In this document: piece by piece, positions 35,492 through 42,202 of the stretch
Position numbering within the stretch: position 1 is the stretch's first letter
Layout of the letters: the number at the start of each line of letters is the position of its first letter
Assembly: GCA_016926915.1 (NCBI GenBank)
Contig: JAFGNR010000083.1
Span: forward strand, 1 to 48,691
Length of the DNA: 48,691 nt
Reading direction: 5' to 3'
Source of the DNA: Anaerolineae bacterium
GTDB lineage: Bacteria > Chloroflexota > Anaerolineae > B4-G1 > SLSP01
Notes under the pieces: model-generated
Told to the model about the DNA's origin: nothing
Seen by the model: the letters and a program-made list of their open reading frames with translations, nothing else
Database searches by the model: none
Made by a program: the position numbers and the translations under genes

Positions 35492-35569
35492 AAAAGTTAT
35501 AGAAAGGTATGAGAAGAGGCAGTACAGAGTTGGCTAACCTTCCAGCGCACTTGATACACCGGAGTAAAA

Positions 35570-38041
35570 ATGCACGATGTGACCAGGTTACTACTCCCCA
35601 TCACGTTCATCATTGCACTCACTATGGCAGCCCTAATCTGGAAAACGTGGCGCAGAGGACGCCTTACGAATCGCAGACTCCATGATCAGGAGCAGATTCT
35701 TGAACGCCTACTGGCGGTTCTGGATGAAGGTATTGCGCTATGCGATGAGCACGGCGCGATCGTAATATGGAGCCAGCAACATGAGGACATCACGGGCATT
35801 CCGCGCCACGAAGCCAGGGGCGAATTTGCGTGGGATCTGGATGCAAAACTCATGCAAAAATCCGGCAGCCAGCCCAACCCATCCACACACGCGATGCTAG
35901 AGGGTTGGCTCCAGACCGGTGAGGTTCCCGCAGACAGGCAGGTAGTCAAGACAGTTATCCAACGCGCCGATGGCAACACCAGCATTCTCTTACAACGGAC
36001 TTTCACCGTTCCTACATCACGTGGGTTCATGATCGGCAGCATTATCCAAGATATCACAAGCGCTGAACAGACGGCCAGCGCCCTCAAAGAAAAAGAACTC
36101 CGTTATCGCGATCTTTTCGACCGCATCCCCGCCGGTCTATATCGCACGACGCCAGAGGGACAGATCCTCGAAGCCAATGCCGCATTGGTCAAAATACTGG
36201 GATTCCCGGATAAAGAAACGTTGTTAGCCGCGAATGCCGTAAGCCTCTATGACACCCCCGAGTCTCGACAAGCCATCCTACGCCAGATCGATCTCAATGG
36301 CGCCGTACAACTCGCGAAAGTGAAACTGCGTCGAAATGATGGCGCTAACATCTGGGTCGAAGAATCGGTACAGAGCGTCAAAGATGAACAGGGGAACCCC
36401 CTGTTCTACGATGGCGTTCTGGTTGACGTCACCGGGTGGCATCATGCCGAGAGCAACCTCCGTAAGAGCGAAGCGCGAAATCGCGCGCTTTTGCAGGCTC
36501 TGCCGGATCTCATCTTCATCTTTAGCGAAGAAGGTATCTATCTGGATGGCTTTGCTAATGCTCCAGACAACCTCCTGGTTCCCAAAGAGTCCTTTATCGA
36601 CCGATCGCTTTTCGACATTATGCCGCCTGACGTGGCACAACGGGCAATGGCGTTGATTGAGCGCGTCCTAAACACCGGCGACATGCAAGCACTTGAGTAC
36701 AGCCTGCCATTTCATAACGGAACACAGCGCCACTTCGAAGCGCGGATCGTGCCATATCTGGATGGCAATGTACTATCCATCGTTCGCGACATCACCAAAC
36801 GCAAACTTGCCGAGCACGCCCAGCAAGACTATGCGATACGTTTGGCTACCCTACACGAGATTGACCACGCTATCATCGAAGCACAATCCCCGGAATCGAT
36901 CGCGCAGGCTGCGCTAGGAAGAATCCGGTATCTTGTGGGCAGCGAAGGGGGATACGTGGGCCTCTTCGATGGACACAACCACACGTTAACGGTCTTTGCC
37001 GCCGATCACAGCTTCGGAAGTCTGGAAACCATGATTGGCGCCCGGATTGCACTCGGCGCAGCCGACATGTGCTCCCCGGCATTCCAGGACTTTACCCAGG
37101 GGGTGGCCTACCACGCGGCGGACGGAGTACTCGATTCTTTTGTAGCGACGACACTCCACAGAATCGGACTTGTGGACGTCCAAAGCGTTGTGGCTGTGCC
37201 GTTCATCGTGCAAACGGATCTAATCGGCGTCCTCATGTTGGTTTCCACACAGCACGCCGCTTTCTCTCAAGATCACATTGACATCACCAAAGAAATTGCC
37301 GGGTCGTTGGCCATCGCCATCCACCAGGCGCAGTTACACGCACAAGCCAAGCGCGAGGCCGAAGACAAAGCCATGCTTCTGGATGAGATCAACCACCGGG
37401 TAAAAAACAACCTGGCCGCCATCATTGGCTTACTCTATGCCGAACAACGCCGTAACGCCAACCGGTTGCCGGCGCAACACCCAGAAGTGGACAAGGAATC
37501 CCGGGCGCTTCTTGAGACCGCCCTTGACCGCGTTATGAAACGCATTCAGGGCCTCTCGGCCGTCCACGACATGCTGTCGGCATCGGCGTGGTCTCCGCTG
37601 CCCTTGCATGAGTTGGTCAAGCGCATCATCCACATGTCACTCCGCGTGCTGCCAGGCGATAAAAAGGTAAGCGTTGACAACCGTGAATCTGAAGTCGAGG
37701 TGGATTCCAGACAAGCCAGTAGTCTGGCCTTGATCCTGCACGAGCTCGTCACCAACACGCTGAAATATACGCTCGAAGGTCGCGATTCCACACATATTCA
37801 GACACACATCACGACCCGCCCGACATCACCGGATACCGGGCATCCGGCGACGACCTCGATGATCACGCTGCGCTATAGTGATGATGGCCCAGGATATCCA
37901 CGCGCAGTCCTCGCCGGACAACAACGGGACTCCGGCCTGTTTCTCATAGAGCGACTGGTCCGAAACAATCTGCAGGGATCGCTTGAACTCTGCAATGACC
38001 ACGGCGCTGTCGCCACGCTCGAATTCCCCGCGCCAGAATGA
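35570..38041 (+). CDS. Membrane-anchored multi-PAS / GAF sensor histidine kinase (HisKA_2 type)
   Basis: One N-terminal TM. Repeated PAS-like units follow (ERLLAVLDEGIALCDEHGAIVIWS; YRDLFDRIPAGLYRTTPEGQILEAN; NRALLQALPDLIFIFSEEGIYL), then a GAF-like segment. The H-box is EINHRVKNNLAAI (His codon 37394-37396). The C-terminal ATPase region contains DDGPGYP. Confidence 0.85.
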   Translation: MHDVTRLLLPITFIIALTMAALIWKTWRRGRLTNRRLHDQEQILERLLAVLDEGIALCDEHGAIVIWSQQHEDITGIPRHEARGEFAWDLDAKLMQKSGSQPNPSTHAMLEGWLQTGEVPADRQVVKTVIQRADGNTSILLQRTFTVPTSRGFMIGSIIQDITSAEQTASALKEKELRYRDLFDRIPAGLYRTTPEGQILEANAALVKILGFPDKETLLAANAVSLYDTPESRQAILRQIDLNGAVQLAKVKLRRNDGANIWVEESVQSVKDEQGNPLFYDGVLVDVTGWHHAESNLRKSEARNRALLQALPDLIFIFSEEGIYLDGFANAPDNLLVPKESFIDRSLFDIMPPDVAQRAMALIERVLNTGDMQALEYSLPFHNGTQRHFEARIVPYLDGNVLSIVRDITKRKLAEHAQQDYAIRLATLHEIDHAIIEAQSPESIAQAALGRIRYLVGSEGGYVGLFDGHNHTLTVFAADHSFGSLETMIGARIALGAADMCSPAFQDFTQGVAYHAADGVLDSFVATTLHRIGLVDVQSVVAVPFIVQTDLIGVLMLVSTQHAAFSQDHIDITKEIAGSLAIAIHQAQLHAQAKREAEDKAMLLDEINHRVKNNLAAIIGLLYAEQRRNANRLPAQHPEVDKESRALLETALDRVMKRIQGLSAVHDMLSASAWSPLPLHELVKRIIHMSLRVLPGDKKVSVDNRESEVEVDSRQASSLALILHELVTNTLKYTLEGRDSTHIQTHITTRPTSPDTGHPATTSMITLRYSDDGPGYPRAVLAGQQRDSGLFLIERLVRNNLQGSLELCNDHGAVATLEFPAPE

Positions 38042-38058
38042 TGCCTTCCAACCCTGTT

Positions 38059-38086
38059 TTGACTTAATAACCGGGATGCGTATACT
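38059..38086 (+). promoter_or_regulatory. Promoter of the CHAT-WD40 gene
   Basis: TTGACT (38059-38064), 16-nt spacer, TATACT (38081-38086). It lies 45 nt upstream of ATG 38131, with a CCGGAGG SD in between. Confidence 0.6.
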
Positions 38087-38130
38087 TGCCCAAACGATAG
38101 ACAGCTTAATACCCCCGGAGGCTTGGAAGT

Positions 38131-40320
38131 ATGGTGGATGAACCACTGCGTGTCTCGAACTTCGACATTGACATTGGCGATGGGCAAGGCCGGGATTATC
38201 CCGTCACAGCCCGCACCCCGGCAGGAGAGGCGCAGGAAACACTACACTTTCCATTTGATCAACTTGCCCTCGAGAATGCTGAACTCCAGCTCAAATTGGC
38301 GCTGCGCCAATCGCATCACGTCGCACGCCGCATCCTATCGCCGGAAATCCAGGCGGTGCAGGATTTCGGAGCCGCGCTCTTCGATGCGCTATTCACCGGT
38401 GAGATTCGTAATCGCTACGATCTAAGCCGGGAACGGGTTTTGCAGACCGGGGAATATCTCCGCATACGGTTGCGAATCACCGCCCCGGAATTAGCTGCGC
38501 TGCCTTGGGAGTTTCTCTACGATCCTCGCACCGATAACTACCTGAGTCTGTCTTCGCATACACCCATCATACGGTATCTGGAACTCCCTCACCCACCGCG
38601 CGCGATCAAGATCACGCCTCCGCTCCGCATTCTGGGATTGACCTGCAGCCCGGCTAATCTTCCGCCCCTTGATTTAGCGCAAGAACAACGTCGTATCGAA
38701 ACCGCCCTAGAGCCGCTGATGGAACGCGGGTTCATCGAATTGCACTGGGCCAAGAGACATACCTGGCGCGATCTCCAGCGGGCCTTACGCCAAGAAACAT
38801 GGCACGTATTCCACTTCATCGGCCACGGGGGGTTCGATCGCGGGCGGGACGAAGGATTCGTCGTTCTGGAAGAGTCCGATCACACCGCGCAGTACCTCTA
38901 CGCTACACAGTTAGGCCGCATGCTCGCCGATCATACCACACTAAGGTTGGCGTTTCTAAACGCGTGTGAGGGAGGAACGGCTGGCGATCTGGATGTGTTT
39001 TCCAGCACAGCGGCGATCCTCGCGCGACAGGGGCTTCCGGCGGTGTTGGCAATGCAATATAGCCTGAGTGATCAAGCCGCGATCGAAATTGCCGCCACAT
39101 TCTACGAAGCCCTGACCGATAACTATCCGGCCGACGTCGCTCTCTCCGATGCCCGCAAAGCTGTAGAGATCTCCCTTCCTCAGACGGTTGAGTGGGGTAT
39201 CCCTATTCTGCACTTGAGAACGCCTGATGGCTATCTGTTCACCCTTCCCCCAACCTCGCTCAGCGGTTTTGCTTCATCACATGGGCCACGGCATTCACCC
39301 TCCCGAAGCGAAGCTCTTCACAAACCGGAACGTGCTGAGACACTCCGGGCAAAGGTTTCAACACTGGCGCTGCTCCTGAAAGGAGAGTCTTTCATCACGA
39401 TCGCAAACCATGGGGCTCCGGTCAACAGTGTAGCATTCAGCCCCCGGGGAGATATCGCGGCAACCGCCGGTGATGACAACAAGATTCGCATCTGGGACCT
39501 TGCAAACGGCACGCTGGCCCAGATACTCCGAGGACATACCGCACCGGTAAGTCATGTGGCTTTCCACCCCGACGGCAACGTGCTCGCGTCCGGTTCCCAA
39601 GACGCAACAGTACGTCTGTGGAATGCAGATCAAGGGAAACTCCTATCCACGTTTAGCGCCGGAGATGGGGTCAAGGCAGTCGCCTTCAGTCCAAGGGGCC
39701 ACATCCTGGGAGCCGGTAACTGCGAACACACCCTCTATCTATGGGATACTCACCGCGCGACGATTCTGCGGCTATTACGGGGCCATACGAGCCCGGTCAA
39801 TGCCCTGGCATTCAGTCCGGAAGAAGATCGCCTGGCCTCAGGAGCGGCGGATGGAGTCTTGCGATTATGGGAACTGGCGGGCGGGCAGTTCGTCGAGACA
39901 CTCAAACACTCCCACGCCCTGAGCAGCATCGCATTCAGTAGAGACGCCGGGTTACTGGCTGCCGGCAGCGTCGATGGCGCCCTGCTGATCTGTCATCGCA
40001 TGGTTCACGCATCACAGGCGCTAACTGCGCAGGGTGTGCAGTTCAATCTGACCGCGTGGAGTATCTACGCGCCCAAGAAGACTTTCAGAAGCACACTGGA
40101 ATCGATTCGCTGGCTCGCCTTTGGACAGCGGGATACACTGCTGATCGCCGGCGGCGACGCACCGCAAATCCAAGTCCTTGACGTGACGCTGGGCAAAATC
40201 CTCCGGCGCCTGTCGGGGATCACATCAGGAGTCCGGGGCGGCGCCCTCAGTGCAGACGGGCGCCACCTCCTGGCAGCTGCATCCGATGGCGCGCTCTGCG
40301 CCTGGGATCTCGGCAGGTGA
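38131..40320 (+). CDS. CHAT-domain (caspase-like) protease fused to a WD40 beta-propeller
   Basis: CHAT dyad: His in FHFIGHGG (codon 38824-38826) and Cys in FLNACEGG (codon 38965-38967). The C-terminal ~320 aa contain about seven WD40 blades (GHTAPVSHVAFHPDGNVLASGSQDATVRLWN; GHTSPVNALAFSPEEDRLASGAADGVLRLWE). Confidence 0.85.
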   Translation: MVDEPLRVSNFDIDIGDGQGRDYPVTARTPAGEAQETLHFPFDQLALENAELQLKLALRQSHHVARRILSPEIQAVQDFGAALFDALFTGEIRNRYDLSRERVLQTGEYLRIRLRITAPELAALPWEFLYDPRTDNYLSLSSHTPIIRYLELPHPPRAIKITPPLRILGLTCSPANLPPLDLAQEQRRIETALEPLMERGFIELHWAKRHTWRDLQRALRQETWHVFHFIGHGGFDRGRDEGFVVLEESDHTAQYLYATQLGRMLADHTTLRLAFLNACEGGTAGDLDVFSSTAAILARQGLPAVLAMQYSLSDQAAIEIAATFYEALTDNYPADVALSDARKAVEISLPQTVEWGIPILHLRTPDGYLFTLPPTSLSGFASSHGPRHSPSRSEALHKPERAETLRAKVSTLALLLKGESFITIANHGAPVNSVAFSPRGDIAATAGDDNKIRIWDLANGTLAQILRGHTAPVSHVAFHPDGNVLASGSQDATVRLWNADQGKLLSTFSAGDGVKAVAFSPRGHILGAGNCEHTLYLWDTHRATILRLLRGHTSPVNALAFSPEEDRLASGAADGVLRLWELAGGQFVETLKHSHALSSIAFSRDAGLLAAGSVDGALLICHRMVHASQALTAQGVQFNLTAWSIYAPKKTFRSTLESIRWLAFGQRDTLLIAGGDAPQIQVLDVTLGKILRRLSGITSGVRGGALSADGRHLLAAASDGALCAWDLGR

Positions 40321-40377
40321 GCCGGGCATAGAACACGCAACGCGTAGCCCCGCGCTCCGAGGGTATGGGGATAGGTT

Positions 40378-41070
40378 TCAGGCCTCGATATCGAACGCCT
40401 TCAATACCTCGGCGCGTGTTTCTGCCGGCAACGCTGGTCGCCGCCCCGGGCCACGGAGCCACCCTTTCACTTTGCTGGCGCGCAGACTGGGAATCGGCGC
40501 CGAGTCCGCTTCCAACTGCACATCCGGATCAATGAAAACCGCAATCGCCCGAACAGGGATTTCCAGCGCTTCCGGCAAGACACGCTTCAAATACTTCACC
40601 ACCTGATCGACCAGCGCCTCCCCCTGAAGTTCAGGGCGTCCTAACGACTCTTGCCCCGCCATCTGCCGGAAAAAGCGCAGCCGCTGTTGGTGCTGCCAGC
40701 GATTGTTCTGAAAAGCGACCGTTCCCCCCTGGTTTTTCACGACCAACACAGTTACACCACCGGGATCAACCAACATAAAGGGTACCGGTCCTGAATACAT
40801 CAACAAGGTATGGGTATCGTCTAACCCTTTCAACAGTTCTGGCACCTTGAGGTGCTGCGCCATAGGACCGGAAAAACGGTCGGTGTAGTAACTGCCAGCC
40901 ACCGACATAATAAAGCCCACCGAGCCGATGAGCATAGTGAGTGACCACATTTCCTCCCGCGTGAAAAACACAATCAGCGATCCCCCCAGCACGACTAACG
41001 CACCCAGAGAGAGCCACTGCCCTGCTTTTACCCGGCGGTCGATATATTTGTCGCGCGACACGATTTTCAT
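40378..41070 (-). CDS. Two-TM membrane protein with NERD-like domain
   Basis: TM1 is WLSLGALVVLGGSLIVFF and TM2 is LTMLIGSVGFIMSVAGSYY. The core FMLVDPGGVTVLVVKNQGGTVAFQNNRW resembles the NERD D...ExK block, with Val in place of Glu. It lies 19 nt downstream of plsX. Confidence 0.55.
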   Translation of the reverse strand: MKIVSRDKYIDRRVKAGQWLSLGALVVLGGSLIVFFTREEMWSLTMLIGSVGFIMSVAGSYYTDRFSGPMAQHLKVPELLKGLDDTHTLLMYSGPVPFMLVDPGGVTVLVVKNQGGTVAFQNNRWQHQQRLRFFRQMAGQESLGRPELQGEALVDQVVKYLKRVLPEALEIPVRAIAVFIDPDVQLEADSAPIPSLRASKVKGWLRGPGRRPALPAETRAEVLKAFDIEA

Positions 41071-41089
41071 GACCTTGCCCCCGGCGTAC

Positions 41090-42115
41090 TCAAACTTGAA
41101 GACCTGATTTGATTAATCGAATGACGTCGCCCGCCGCCGCCTCGCGCCCTTGGCGGATCGCGTTCTTGACAGCCCTGGCGTTAGAGCGACCATGTCCCAC
41201 AATCACGACGCCATCGACGCCCATTAACAAGGCGCCGCCGTATTCCGCGTAATCGGTGCGTTTGCGCAAACGCAAAATACCCGGAAGGAGCAGTAGGATC
41301 CCCGGTAAAGCTACCAGGAGTCCCGGTAACATTAACACCAGTCCAACCCATCCCAAGGCGCCCCCCAGCAACTCGCGCTTCAACAACCGGGCAACAAAGG
41401 AGACGACAGCCTCGCTGGTTTTCACCAGAATGTTGCCGGTGAATCCATCGGTCACCACCACGTCAGCATGCCCACGCGCCACCTCTTTGGGTTCCACGTT
41501 GCCTACAAAGTTCAGGTCACTCTCTTTGAGAACGTGGTAAGTATCACGCACAACCATGCTTCCCTTTTCGGCTTCCTCGCCGTTCGCCAGCAATCCCACC
41601 CGGGGGTTCGAGATCGCCATGACCTGCTCCGCGTAGATGGCGCCCATGCGGGCAAATTGAAGCAGATACTCGGGTTTCGGGTCAGCCGTAGCGCCGATAT
41701 CGAGCAACAATACCGGGCGGTCGGCCACAGGATAACGCGTCGCAAGCGCCGGTCGCCGGATACCACGGATACGGCGCAGATCGAAAATCGCCGCCGACAA
41801 CACGGCAATGGTGTTGCCGGCGGAAACAAAGGCCTCCGCCTCCCCCTCTTTCACCAGGCGCATGCCCACGCGAATCGATGAGTTCTCCATCCGGCGCACG
41901 TCGTCAGCGTGATGCTCCATGGTCAGCACCTCGGGAGCATCCACAATCCGGATATTAAGTCCGCCAGTATCGTGTTTGGCCAACTCCTCGCGGACCTGTT
42001 GTGCGGGCCCCACCAGAATGATCTCATCACCCCACTCGCGCGCCGCCAACACCGCGCCCTCGACATCAGGGCCGGGACACTGATCCGAACCGAAAGCATC
42101 AACGACAATACGCAT
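41090..42115 (-). CDS. plsX: Phosphate acyltransferase PlsX
   Basis: MRIVVDAFGSDQCPGPDVEGAVLA at the N-terminus and YAEYGGALLMGVDGVVIVGHGRSNARAVKNAI at the C-terminus are canonical PlsX blocks. Confidence 0.9.
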   Translation of the reverse strand: MRIVVDAFGSDQCPGPDVEGAVLAAREWGDEIILVGPAQQVREELAKHDTGGLNIRIVDAPEVLTMEHHADDVRRMENSSIRVGMRLVKEGEAEAFVSAGNTIAVLSAAIFDLRRIRGIRRPALATRYPVADRPVLLLDIGATADPKPEYLLQFARMGAIYAEQVMAISNPRVGLLANGEEAEKGSMVVRDTYHVLKESDLNFVGNVEPKEVARGHADVVVTDGFTGNILVKTSEAVVSFVARLLKRELLGGALGWVGLVLMLPGLLVALPGILLLLPGILRLRKRTDYAEYGGALLMGVDGVVIVGHGRSNARAVKNAIRQGREAAAGDVIRLIKSGLQV

Positions 42116-42202
42116 CAGACTCTCCTCTCATTTGGCAAATAACGAATCTGCAAACGACACAAATCCGACCTGGGACAGTGCACACCGGCAGGCGATGCTC
42201 CC

